64,000 bases of DNA from Okamejei kenojei (lineage: Eukaryota), in contig CM069134.1 in NCBI GenBank assembly GCA_035221665.1, positions 112,716,001-112,780,000 of the forward strand. The letters run 5' to 3'. This document shows positions 13,800 to 25,375 of this stretch, in pieces. Every line of letters starts with the position of its first letter. The stretch's first letter is position 1. Position numbers and translations under genes: made by a program. The notes beneath the pieces were generated by a model. It did no database searches. It had not been told where the DNA came from and saw only the letters and a program-made list of their open reading frames with translations.

Positions 13800-14000
13800 C
13801 ACTTTAGTTCAGAGATGCAGCGTGAAAACAGGCCCATCAGCCCGCCGACTCTGCATCGGTCAATGATCACCATTACATTAGTTCTTTTCTCCACACTAGG
13901 CACAATTTGCAGAAGGCATTTAACCCACAAACCTGCACATCTTTGGAAGGTGGGAGGAAATTGGAGCACCGAGAGAAAACCCATGTTATCACAGAACGTA
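13800..14000 (-). mobile_element. HE1-like SINE, left half; continues at 16116-16155
   Basis: Colinear with the intact copy 23170-23465 up to agaacgTA, resuming TAcaaactccgtac at 16116. Confidence 0.8.
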
Positions 14001-14527
14001 CGGTACTCGGACGGGGCGTCAAAGGACGAGAAGCCGAAGCGAAGAAGTGGAAGCCAAGATACCGAACGGAAACAACGCTGAAAAGTCAAATAACCGAACG
14101 GGCGCAACGCCAAAAAGCCAAATACGCAACGCTGAAAAGTCAAATAACGGATGTGACGTCTCCGGGGATGGGATTTGTCCAAGATCTTGTCAACGATTGG
14201 TCCAAATCCCCCGCGTCCATCACTGGCCAAGGGAGAAGGGAGGGTGAGGGGGAGTTTAATTTTCCTTCGTCGCTTTTGGACTGCCAAAGATCATAGAGTG
14301 GATTATTTTTGTAAGCGTTGATCTACAACGGTGCTAAGGGTTAAGAGGCTGGAATCTCTCTCTCTCTCTCTCTCTATTTTTCCCTGAATCATTTGATGTT
14401 TTGTACCTGCAATTCCTTCCTATTGAAGAAGAACCCTGGCCCGAAACAACAAATCCATTTCCTCCGCAGATGCCGCCTAGCCCGCTGAGTTCCTCCAGCA
14501 CTTATTTTATTTAACTCTGAAATTGAA

Positions 14528-14752
14528 GATAGACACAAAAAGCTGGAGTAACTCAGCGGGACAGGCAGCATCTCTGGAAAGAAAGAATGGGTGACGTTTC
14601 GGGTAGAGACCCTTCTTCAGACAATCACAAGTACTCACACCGATGAGAGTTCAATTCAGTCTGAAGAAGCATCTCGACCCGAAACGTCACCCATTCCTTC
14701 TTTCCAGAGTCGTTGCCTGTCCCACTGAGTTACTCCAGCATTTTGTGCCTAT
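14528..14752. repeat. Head-to-head inverted pair of PLE hammerhead-motif tails (~95-bp arms, 36-bp spacer)
   Basis: 14528-14622 is the reverse complement of 14659-14752. Confidence 0.88.
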
Positions 14753-15795
14753 TCGCAAGTACGCTTTGTATCTCTGGAATATAGACCCCGTGGAGGCATT
14801 CTATGGAATTCTGTAACTGGTTTGGTCTGATGTTGGGATGGGAGAGGTGATGTGTCTGCAGTCCATATGCTTTCTGTGAGAACAGTCGATTTACTGCCAT
14901 TGTTTATGTATCTCCCGTAACCTGTTTCAGTTCAGATGCTTAACAAATCGCATATAAAAAACATGATTAAAGCTCCTTCTACCTCATCAGGCTTTGAATT
15001 CAGATCCTAGTTACTCATTAAGTGTTTTCTTTGCGACATCCCTGTTTCATTTGACAACCACTTAAAGTCTATGGTCTCCAGTTCTCAAGTCGAGTTTATT
15101 TTTGGATGCACAAGTGTATTGAGGTACAGGAACAATGAAAAACTTGTTTGGAGCAGCATCGCAGGCACACATAGACAATGCAAGGAAACATAAATAATAC
15201 ATAAATTGTACAGGACAGTGAAAAGAAAAATACTGTTCAATGAAATCAAAACATTAGATCAAACAGCCCAAACTCCGGTGCAACCTGTTCCACCTTAATC
15301 CCTCTGCCCGCGATGATTTTGAACGAAATCTCCTCTCAGCCTTCACTCCTCCTAAAAGACATTCTCCAGTATTGCAAGCAAAGTTTCAGGTCGCAGGGCT
15401 GTACTAAGAAATAGACACCAAATGCTGGAGTAACTCAGCCGGGACAGGCAGCATCCCCGGAGAGAAGGAATGGGTGACATTTCGGCTCGAGCCCCTTCTT
15501 CGGTCTGATCTAGCGAGAGAGAGAGAGATAGATAGATGGATTATTGGATGGATGGATAGATAGATGGATAGATGAGAAAGAGAGGGAGAGGCCTCTTAAC
15601 CCCAAGCACTGTGGTAGATCGATGCTTACAAAAATAATCTGCTCTATGATCTGTGGCAGTCCAAAAGCGACGAAGGAAAATTAAAAAAAAAACAATCTCC
15701 CGTCTCCCCCGGCCATTGATGTGATGGACGCAGGGGTCTGGACCAATCGCTGACAAGGTTTCGAAAAAACCCCATCTCCGGAAACGCCATGTCCA

Positions 15796-16050
15796 TTATT
15801 TGGCTTTTCGGCGTCGCGCCTGTTCGGTTATTTGGCTTTTCGGCATTGCACCTGTTCAGTTATTTGGCTTTTCGGCATTGCACCTGTTCAGTTATTTGGC
15901 TTTTCGGCATCACGCCCGTTCGGTTATTTGGCTTTTCGGTGATGCGTCCGTTTGGTTATTTGGCTTTTCGGTGTTGTGTCCGTTCGGTTATTTGCTTTTT
16001 CGGCGTTGTGTCGTTCGGTTATTTGGCTTTTCGCTGTCGTTTCCGTGCGG
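15796..16050. repeat. Subterminal tandem array, 8 units of ~31-32 bp (GGTTATTTGGCTTTTCGGC-n-GTTC)
   Basis: Direct reading; about 3 complementary units in the left arm at 14060-14150. Confidence 0.9.
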
Positions 16051-17022
16051 TATCTTGGCTTCCACTTCTTCGCTTCGGCTTCTCGTCTTTCGACGCCCCG
16101 TCCACACACGGATCGTACAAACTCCGTACGGAGCACCCGTAGTCAGGATCAAATCATTTGTCATGTTCTATTTTTGTAGCTGAAAACTCCCCAAAGATCC
16201 CAATAAGTGGGACACAATAGATTCCCTAAATTTCAAATAAAAGTGGGAATCTTTCCAAATTGAATTGTACAGAGACTAAAAATAGAACATTTCCTTTCCT
16301 GAAAATTTAGTGTAACAAGCACAAGTTTTGGATATCTTTTGAGGTTTCATCCAGTATTATGTTCTAGATGATTAGTAGGTCATGCCTGATACAGTGGTCT
16401 GGATTGATGCCCCTGTATTTACTTTCTGCCGTTTCTAAGAGGAAGTGCTTTATCTCAGCTTTCTTCTGTCTTCATAAAGGCTGTTAGATATGTTTTACTT
16501 GTATTATAGGAACTGTTTCTTCATGTTTCTTTTTCCATAGACTGAAATACGTCTTGGAACTTAATTCACACCAAAGGCATGTGTCAAATGTACATAATTT
16601 TAGCCAGCAAAGACAAAACACAGATTGACACCACATGACGTGTCGTTGGGACCGCTTAAAATTGACCGGAACTCTTTTAAATGGATCAGGGTCCAGGCAG
16701 ATTTCAATGCTGCAAATGAGTTTAAAGTTTAATGGCAAAGTCAAAACTTCAATCCAGGGCAGAGAATGTGCCACGGGAGTGCTAGAAAATAGATGAGGAT
16801 CTGGAAAATATGCTACTTATGTTGACTCCACACAAGGACCTGAAATCTGATGAGAAATGTCATTTACCTTCACTGAACTAATAGAACCTACCATTCTATG
16901 AAGTTTGGATATAATTGTTCATGAGGAGCAGCATAGAATAAAACATTTTGAGAAGGCTTGTGGGATGAGTGGCATATTGCAAGATCCAGCAAGGAGCAAA
17001 GACCAGTACTCTCTTACTTCTT

Positions 17023-17330
17023 AGGCAGACAAAAGTGCTGGAGAAACTCAGCAGGTGCGGCAGCATCTATGGAGCGAAGGAAATAGGCAATGTTTCGGCC
17101 CGAAACCCTTCTTCAGACAGATGCAGGGTGGGGGGGGGGGGGGTGGGAAGAAGAAAGGAAGAGGAGGAGCCTGAGGGCTGAGGGAGAGCTGAGAAGGGGA
17201 GGAGACAGCAAGGACTACCGGAAATTGGAAAAGTCAATGTTCAAGCCGCTGGGGTGCAGACTGCCCAAGCGAGGTGCTGCTCCTCCAATTTTCGGTGGTG
17301 CTCACTCTGGCCATGGAGGGGGCCCAGGAC
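17023..17330 (-). mobile_element. Penelope-like 3' end with hammerhead motif
   Basis: Reverse-complement homolog of 11070-11514; possible 7-bp TSD acttctt at 17016-17022 and 17331-17337. Confidence 0.82.
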
Positions 17331-18303
17331 ACTTCTTGCTTGGTGTTGAGGCCAGCAGAGCATCACTTCTGTATCTGTTTAAGGGTCTGGCTAACACTCC
17401 TAGTGGTAGCTGACATAGAAGCCATCCAATGCCTTTGTGCCTCCTTGTATACTCTGCGTATCCACAGGATCGGAGCTCAAACTGCTACCCACGGCGGCTG
17501 AGGGTAAGTTATTGTTTAGCAGAAACAGAGCAATGGCATCGGTGAAATCATCTAACTTACTCAGGAGCAGCAAGCTACCCCCTGGTGTCCGAGCGATCTC
17601 AATCAGAAGATTTATCTCAACGAGATTAACTGAGCAGAGAACAGAGCTGAATGCTCAGAGGTTGAGATTCAGAGATTCAGATTCAGGAGACAGCACAGAT
17701 ATAGGACATGATAATTAGGTATAGTATGTGTCTGGTAACAGTGATGTAGAAATGTACTCTGGATCACAATGAATTAATGATGGGATGTTATTTCCCTCCT
17801 TGTTCCTTGAGAGTTCCATTGGTGCCACCACCTCTGGAAATCAACAATACTTCTGTCATCATTGAGCCTCGATATGCTCGACTCTGTCCCACAAGCAGCT
17901 ATTCCAGACCATGGTCTCACTTGGAGTTACATGCCCTCATGGCTCATGTTCTTCTTGGTCATTTGCAGAGCATCCAGGGAGCAGCCTGAATGTGGCCTGT
18001 GGTGAAAGGGGATTTGTCCACAGAAATAGGCTTTCCAACCAAAGCTGGAAGATTCTAGAAATGTAGGCAGGAGGGTCCTTAATAGTAAAAAAAAATACAT
18101 CTGTTAAAGTTTTCTTTTCTTACTACAATTTTGCTTTTATGTTGATTAAGTTAACGCAAATATTTTATCTTTTTCAAAATTTCATCGTAGTGAACCAATG
18201 TGTTGAGTAGCTAGAACATCAAATTAGTGATGGATAAGTGGAAATTGATGCTTAATGGTTGGTGCATGCTTGGTGGGCTGAAGGACCTGTTTTTGCACTG
18301 TAA

Positions 18304-19064
18304 AGGGGCTGTCCCACTGCGGCAACCTAATCTGCGAGTTCAGAAGAGTGTCTTCGACCTTCAAGCTCGAGAGCACTCGCCTGGAAAACCTCGAGCTGGA
18401 TCGACCGTCAGCGATGAAACCGCGAGCTGGATCGACCGACTGCACACACACAAACACACACACAAACACATTGCAAAGGCGGGGGCCAGGGAAAGCGGGG
18501 GAGCGCTGTCTGAAATTCACACCCACGATGAAGAGGAAGGTAACAGACGGCTGCACAGTGTACGGTAAGTCCTTTAGAGAGCGCGGGGGGGGGGGGAGGG
18601 GGAGGTTATAGAGGGGCAGAGAAGGGGGGGGGGGGGGGGGGGGAGAAGGAGTGGAGACACTTTTAAGAAGTCAAACAATGTTCAGCAGGAATTTAACCTA
18701 CTGGTCGGTTTTCCTTGGGCCTGAAAACTCCAATGGGCCAATTAAAATCCCCGTTCAGTGAAGGAGAATGCCTACGCTGCCCTCGACTGCCTGTAACTAA
18801 ATAGCAACCCCACTCCACTGCACTACAAGTTAAAAAGAACCATGCCGACCAATTATTACTCACGGAAATTTTTTCAACGTGCTGAACATTTTTTGGCGAC
18901 TTAGCTGAAGCCACAAGTATTCGGGACCTTCCCTCGATCATGAAGGAGAATTCCAGTGACCTCATAGGACCTCCTAGGACCACGTGTCAACCATGCTGCC
19001 AGTTTGAGTCGAGCGCAAACTCTTATAAACTCGCAGATTAGGTCACCGCAGTGGGACAGCTCCT
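18304..19064. mobile_element. PIF/Harbinger-type non-autonomous element (761 bp)
   Basis: Long imperfect TIRs aggggctgtcccactgcggcaacctaatctgcgagtt / aactcgcagattaggtcaccgcagtgggacagctcct; TAA TSD at 18301-18303 and 19065-19067. Confidence 0.87.
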
Positions 19065-20574
19065 TAAGGCTCCATGACTGTAACACTCTGATGTGGCTAG
19101 GAAATTGTAGATCACTAACTCAGCACATCAAATTCCATGGTTATCCCAATACTTTTTTTCAGAGACATTTGGGAAGTAATTCCAAATTACCAACATACAG
19201 AAGTGAGTGGAAGGGTTTTCTCTTTTGAAAGAAATGTAATTCATGGTAAAACATAGGATCACATGAAAATAATATCCCTAGCTGCCTGCTGAAGAGGACA
19301 TGATATTCTGTTGCTGAAGCAAAATAATGGCATTTGCAGTATCTTCATTGCTGTCTATTCATTGGTTAACTGTTTATAAATGATGCAGGTGAGGATTTAT
19401 TTTGAGATTACAACATCAACAATGATCTGTAACATGACCCACAAGAGGTCAATCTGACTCTGGGTCTGAATGCTGCTTTGCTGCCACTGTGAAATTGAAT
19501 CCAAAGCAGTATCCAACAATCAAGTCAGACATGGTTTAATCACCTGAGATTTAAAGCATGGGCCACATTTCCTGAATTGGTCTTTAAGGCAAACCAAGTG
19601 CTGTCCATTCTGCTGTTAGTGGGCATTAGCTGGAGAAATTAATGAAAATCCTGCCTTAATTATTTGTAAGAAGACATTCATCTTCCAAGGAAAGTTTTTC
19701 ATTGTTGATTATGCAGCCTGTATTATAGAAATATGTTAGTATCCCTCAAACAACACGTTATCCAATGAGGCAAAGTGCCTTTGTTGGTGTAAGTTGCCGT
19801 TGGCAACTGGACTTCTGCAATGATGTATTCTTGATGAAAATAGTTGTTTAGAACCTTTTCAGTCAAGTTACTTCGGCATTTTTTGGCTTTGTCATTCACG
19901 ATGCTCTAATTCATTAAATTGGGTTAGGGGCACATATATTACAATGGATTGCTTGACGTCCAGCACTTTTATTTTCCGACTCACAAGAGGTGGCATTATG
20001 AGAGGTTGAAATAAGAGCATGTGCCCTTCTAGAATTTGTGTGGACGATGCCCTTTTTACCTATTTCCCCAGGGCTCCTAAGCTTGCCTGCAATGCTTACA
20101 ACCTCTAGTCTGATGCTCCCACTCAAAAAATGTGCTTACAAGAGCAAAATGGATGGAGGCACCCATCTGAGTAATTTCCAAGTGAAAATTTGGATTTGAG
20201 CTCAATAAAAATATCTGCAATGACTTAGGTATTTTTCACACATGAAAATATCCTCCAAAGAGCTCTGCAACAGAATCCATAAATTTGATCTTTTAAATTG
20301 TGTTGCCTTTGAGCAGGAAACTTTACAAAGACCTTCTTGACGTGGTCCACAGTAGTCCCTGAGAACAGTACCATTGTATGTTAATTACAAATGTCAAAAA
20401 ATGGCTTGAGGATCAACATTAACATGTGCTTTTCTGATGTAGAAAGCAGATCATAATTGAATGCATATTTGGAACTTAGCAGTACACTGTGTGACCTCGG
20501 AATAGTTTAGGCTTATTTTTACCAAGATTGAGTGTAAAGCATTGTTTTGAATGCTATCCAAACAAATCAGATAA

Positions 20575-21788
20575 TCTATATTACTAAAAGTCTAATCTTG
20601 ACCACTTCCTGTTGTTAGATTTTAGAAAAAACGCTGCCACATAAGGCTGTGATTTTTGGCCAACTTACTCAGAGCCCCGCTCCGCTGTGCAGAACAAGAT
20701 GATTTTTCCCATCGATGAAAAATAAAAGAGTTATTAATGGTTAAATAATGTTCAGATTCTCTCTCCTGAAGGCCACGCCCCTTCCAGAGGGACTATAAAA
20801 CCCGGAAGTGTTGAGTGCCTCAGTTAGTCTCTGTAAGATGGGGGAGCGAGAGGGTCACGTTTCTCAGTCTGAGCTGTGAATAACACTGAACACATGTCTA
20901 CTAAACTGTGAGTGGTTTTACTGACCTGTCAGTGCCCTTAATGTGGTTTGAAAATATAGTTTAGAAATGCTAAAGCTGTGTTGCCTTTGGTTTGGAAATG
21001 CTAAAGCTGTGTTTCCTAATTAAAGTTGCCTTGCCTAATTAAAGTTGCCTTGCCTAATTAAAGTTGCCTTGTCTAATTAAAGTTGCCTTGCCTAATTAAA
21101 GTTGCCTTGCCTAATTAAAGTTACCTTGCCTTCGATATAATTAAAAGTCTAATCTTGACCACTTCCTATTTGCGCTTTATATTGATTTTAGAATAAAATG
21201 CTACCACATACGGCTGTGATTTTTGGCCATCCTACTCAGAGTCCCCTTCCATTCATCAGGTGCCGAGGATTTTTCCCATTGATGAGAAATAAAAGAGTTA
21301 TTAGTGTTTAAACAATGTTGAGATTCACTCTCCTGTCAATCACGCCATGAAGGTCACACCCCTGCTGGTGGGGGGGGGGGGGGGGGGGGGGGGAGGGACC
21401 ATAACACCCAGAAGAGTGGGCGTGACTGCAAGGTGGAGGAGGGGGAGGTCACGACTCCCTGTCTTTAGTGGCCTTGCACCCTGCGTGAAATGGAATTTCA
21501 AGGAATAGCCGTGAGTCAACTGCCAGCCCACCAGCCGTGTGTGAGTGAGCTGCCAGCACAACAGGCTTGAGTGACTGAGCCGCCAGCCCAAGAATCCATT
21601 CGGCCCACAATGTCCAAACTAGCCCTCTGGAAACCAGTCCCTTCAGCCCACAACACCCATACTAGCGCTCCAGAGAGCCCAGCCTTCACTGGCCACCAAT
21701 ATTGGAATTGGTGGAGAGGTGGAATATTGCGATGTGGGACCAGCCCTCCCGTGTGATGCTGGGACCCTACGGGTCCCACTTCGTCTAG
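20575..21788 (+). mobile_element. Non-autonomous Helitron with a duplicated 5' module
   Basis: a|TCTATATTACTAAAAG 5' end; GGGACCC-tac-GGGTCCC hairpin at 21761-21777 then CTAG at 21785-21788; no TSD; 5' module repeated at ~21135-21360. The base after CTAG is C rather than the usual T. Confidence 0.8.
21015..21128. repeat. Minisatellite, 6 x 19 bp CCTAATTAAAGTTGCCTTG, inside the Helitron
   Basis: Direct reading; two single-base variants. Confidence 0.95.
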
Positions 21789-22074
21789 CACTAAATATAA
21801 GTGCAATTTAGCCAAGTTCAAGTACAATAGGCAGAGGATTGTATGAGAACTTCGATGCTGAGAACTCTGTTTCTCAGCATTGAAGTGCACCCGTTCCAGT
21901 TACTAATGTCTGTAAAGGGGTGAAGCTGTTCTAATCAATCATGTTCTGCTTTGAGTTAAACTCCTTTTAAAGTTCCAAACATGTCATAAAACACAGTGCT
22001 GTAAATGTCAACAAATATATATTTAATTAAGACCTGGAATCTCTGGGAAACAAACCAAAGAATGTAAAGATGGG

Positions 22075-22250
22075 ATGGGAACAAAATGTTTGAGCAACTC
22101 AGCGAAACAGGCGGCTTCTCAGGAGAGAAGGAATTGGTTACGTTTTGAGTCGAGACCCTTCTTCAGACTGAGAGTTAGGGGAGAGGAACACATAGAGGTA
22201 GGGAAGGATAAGGTGTGAAATCACAGATCAAAGCAGATGCTCACCAGTGA
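22075..22250 (-). mobile_element. PLE tail copy with mutated hammerhead core
   Basis: Reverse complement reads tcagtctgaagaagggtctcgactcaaaacgtaacc. Confidence 0.7.
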
Positions 22251-22299
22251 AAAGCGTGCAAGCGATTTTGCAGAAGCCTTACGAAGAAGAGGAGCAACA

Positions 22300-23160
22300 T
22301 ATACTTTGAACCCTCAACAGGCAAGGCAGAGGAATTAACAATGAAAAATAATGAAATTTTAGAGACCTTGAAGAGTCTCCAGGATGTGATGGTTGGAGAG
22401 ATGGTGATTGCTTTAGTGATCATCTTATTGCATATAAATTTTAAAGCTCATGGGGTTGAGGGTAATATATGAGAACAGATGGATGATTAGTTAGCAAATA
22501 CAAAGCAAAGGATTAGAATAAGCAGATTATGTTCAGTTTGGTAAGTTGTCGCTAACGGGATACCACAGTGAGCAAGAGTGGTGACTATATTAATGCTTGA
22601 TATTAAGGGATCAAATGTATTGTAGCTAAAGAAAATCAAAATAAAATAAAAATAGAAATCTGAAGTAAAAACAGTAAATGCCAGAAACACTCAGGCAATA
22701 TTGTTTTTTCAGTACTTTCTGACTTTACTCGTAAGAAAAATAGTGCAGATGGAGCAAAATGAGGGAAAATGTGAAGTGTTCTACATTAGGAGGAAGAATA
22801 GAAAAGGACAGTTTCATTTAAATGGCATGAGACTGGTAAATGTTGGTGTTTAGCAGAATCTCGGTATCTTTGTTGAAGGAATATATCTGGTGTAAATACA
22901 GCAAGCAGTTAAAAAAGGAAATTAAATGTTGATCATAATAGTTAGGGGGATGAAGGACATACATAGGGACCTCTTGCTATCACTGTAAGGGACTTTGCTG
23001 AGACCAGTTTTTGGTGTCCTTATTTAAGGGAAAATATTCTTGGATGAAGTGCAGTAAAGATTTGTTATATTGATTCTTGAGATGGGGTTAACTTTTAACG
23101 AGGAAAGGTAGTGTAGAATGGAGCTGACCTTCCTGGAATTTAGAAGAATGAGATAATTAT
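22300..23160 (+). mobile_element. Old, degraded CR1 RT fragment
   Basis: aaagctcatggggttgagggtaatata, aaatgtgaagtg, ctggaatttagaagaatgag resemble the younger CR1 copies. Confidence 0.6.
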
Positions 23161-23169
23161 TGTTTTTTT

Positions 23170-23465
23170 TTTAAAGTGTAGAGATGCAGCATAGATACAG
23201 GCCCTTTGGCCCATCGAGTCTGTGCTGACTGGTGATACCGGCATATTAACATTATCCTACACACACTAAGGATAATTTGTTCATTTACCAAGTCAATTAA
23301 CCTACAAACCAGTACGTCTTTGGAGTGTGGGAGCAAACTGAAGATTTCGGAGAAAAAACACACGGTCATGGGAAGAACGTACAAACGCCGTACAGATAGC
23401 ACCCGTAGTTGGGATCGAAACCAGATCTCCAGCACTGCAAGCGCTGTAAGGCAACTCTACTGCTG
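23170..23465 (-). mobile_element. HE1/V-SINE-like SINE, near full length
   Basis: tRNA-like head with B-box-like ggtttcgatccc on the minus strand, conserved core, and CR1-like tail; homologs at 48780-49130 and 54300-54495. Confidence 0.8.
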
Positions 23466-24419
23466 TATCATATATATATGATATATAATATGATATATAG
23501 GATTCTGCATGAACTTATCCAGGGTCACGCTGTGAGAATATTTCTCCTTGCGTTGGAACAAAAATACATGGATTTAGTCTCAGGTCTATCTAAGGTCTCT
23601 CTTGTAGAAATAACCTTGGTCACTACACTCTCCTTCTCTGAGCCATGAACATACACATGCATTTGAAGCAAAAGTGTCTTCTTGAGCCCACACTGCTATT
23701 TAATAATAGCATTACTGATCTGAATTTAACCACAATTCACGCTTTTGTCTACCCATGGTAACCTTACACCCTCGTGTTTATTGAAAATCAATCCACTCTG
23801 CTTCCACTGCTTTTTCACCAAGAGAGTTCCAAGCTCTCAACCCTCTGACAGAAAAGTGTTTGCATTATCATTGTCTGAAATAGGTGATCCCTTGTTGGTA
23901 ACCAATCAACTACGCCACCAACAAAATTATCCTACAACGGGAAACATCTTTCCACAGCCACTCTGTCAAGACCCCTTAGGAACATATATGTTCAATGTTA
24001 TATATATGGTGAGTAGGACTTGGCAACAGGTCCTGTTCCTCATTAATTTGTTGCTGAATACAAAAATACAATGTCATTGTTTTGTTTGAAAAGCTGGCAG
24101 TGTTTGCATGTTGAGGGAATGGTCTGGATTGCTGGTTGGTGTATGTGAATTTGTAATCCCATATGAATGTTCGGAGTCTGTCTTAATTGATGGAGGTTGT
24201 TGCTATGTGAGTTATAGGACATTATATTGTGCAACATTATCATGCATTTTAATGGAAGAAACCGATTGAAGATGCTATCCTTTTAACTGGGTGCTGGCCA
24301 CAAGCAACATTGTTCCCGGTCGAGATGTTTCTTAATGCCATCTATTTAGTTTGATGTCTTTCTTCCGGTGGGAGCTCATTCTTGATCTGATGACCATAGA
24401 ACCACCTGGAGAAGTTTTA

Positions 24420-24543
24420 AAGAAGGAACTGCAGATGCTGGAGAATCGAGGGTACACAAAAAGCTGGAGAAACTCAGCGGGTGCAGCAGCATCTAAGGAG
24501 CGAAGGAGATAGGCGACGTTTCGGGTCGAGACCCTTCTTCAGA
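24420..24543 (-). mobile_element. PLE tail with intact minimal hammerhead consensus (24510-24543)
   Basis: Reverse complement tCTGAAGAagggtctcgacccGAAAcGTCgcctat. Confidence 0.8.
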
Positions 24544-25019
24544 GAACTTCCTTTGGCATTTCTGGTCACTGATCTTTGAGGAGGATCCAGCCAAAATCAT
24601 CTGGAGTCAAAGTGACATTTCCCATCACATTAATAACGTTAATAAGACTGGTGCTGCTCACTCACGCATATATAAAATAAGCTTTCAGAAATGCTAAACA
24701 CAAACTGAATGTTTCAGGCTGAGTGCCACACAACTCATCACTAAAACAAGTTCCAATTGGATTGACCTAAATGGGAATCCAGTCACTATGACTCAAGGTG
24801 TTTTTTTGTCAAATATCTGCCCCTTGCTTTGTATTGATTTCTGATTTTATAACCAAGGAATCGTGACAATTTGTGCAAGATTATGTTGGTATTTCTGGCA
24901 ATTGATCCCTGAAAATCACGCTGTTAAAACTATTTGAAAGCATGGTGACAGAGATCCCAGTTTTAAATGTCCACTTGAGTACTGTTTTGCTATTTGAGAT
25001 TTCTTAGTGACCTCTGAAA

Positions 25020-25375
25020 ACTCATGAGAGGAATAGATCAGGTAAATGCACAGTTCCTTGCCCAGAGTAGGTGAATTGAGGACCAGAGGACGTAAGTTTA
25101 AGGTGAAGGGGAAAAGATTTAATAGGAATCTGAGGGGTAACCTTTTCACACAAAGGGTGATGGATGTATGGAACAAGCTGCTAGAGGATGTAGTTGAGGC
25201 AGGGACTATCCCAACATTTAAGAAGCAGTTAGGCAGGTACATGGATAGGACAGGTTCAGAGGGACGTGGACCAAATGCTGGCAGGTGGGACTAGTGTAGC
25301 TGGAACATGTTGGCTGGTGTGGGCAAGTTAGGCCGAAAGGCCTGTTTCAATGCTGTATCACTCTATGACTCTAAG
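25020..25375 (+). mobile_element. CR1 LINE 3' end
   Basis: ORF 25046..25294 RTRGRKFKVKGKRF...FTQRVMDVWNKL; reverse complement of 1051-1390. Confidence 0.9.

Larger units (their letters stand above)
14001..16115. mobile_element. Foldback-type DNA element with long modular inverted arms and TA TSD
   Basis: Left arm ~14001-14377 is the reverse complement of right arm ~15513-16115; TA duplicated at 13999-14000 and 16116-16117. Confidence 0.8.

Noticed and set aside
13619-14296. Long ORFs of 222 aa (-) and 129 aa (+), and ORFs at 15789-16183
   Set aside because: Read-through of SINE plus repeat-arm sequence; no domain motifs
15796-16050. CRISPR-like array (constant repeat with variable short spacer)
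   Set aside because: Spacers are ~10 nt and related to each other, there are no cas genes, the context is vertebrate, and the array is mirrored in the opposite arm of a transposon
18586-18643. Long poly-G/poly-C runs (also ~11395, 13409, 17130, 21370, 38876) as functional G-quadruplexes
   Set aside because: All lie inside repeat elements, and homopolymer lengths are unreliable in assemblies
23400-23465. tRNA gene
   Set aside because: Only the degenerate tRNA-like head of a SINE; no cloverleaf
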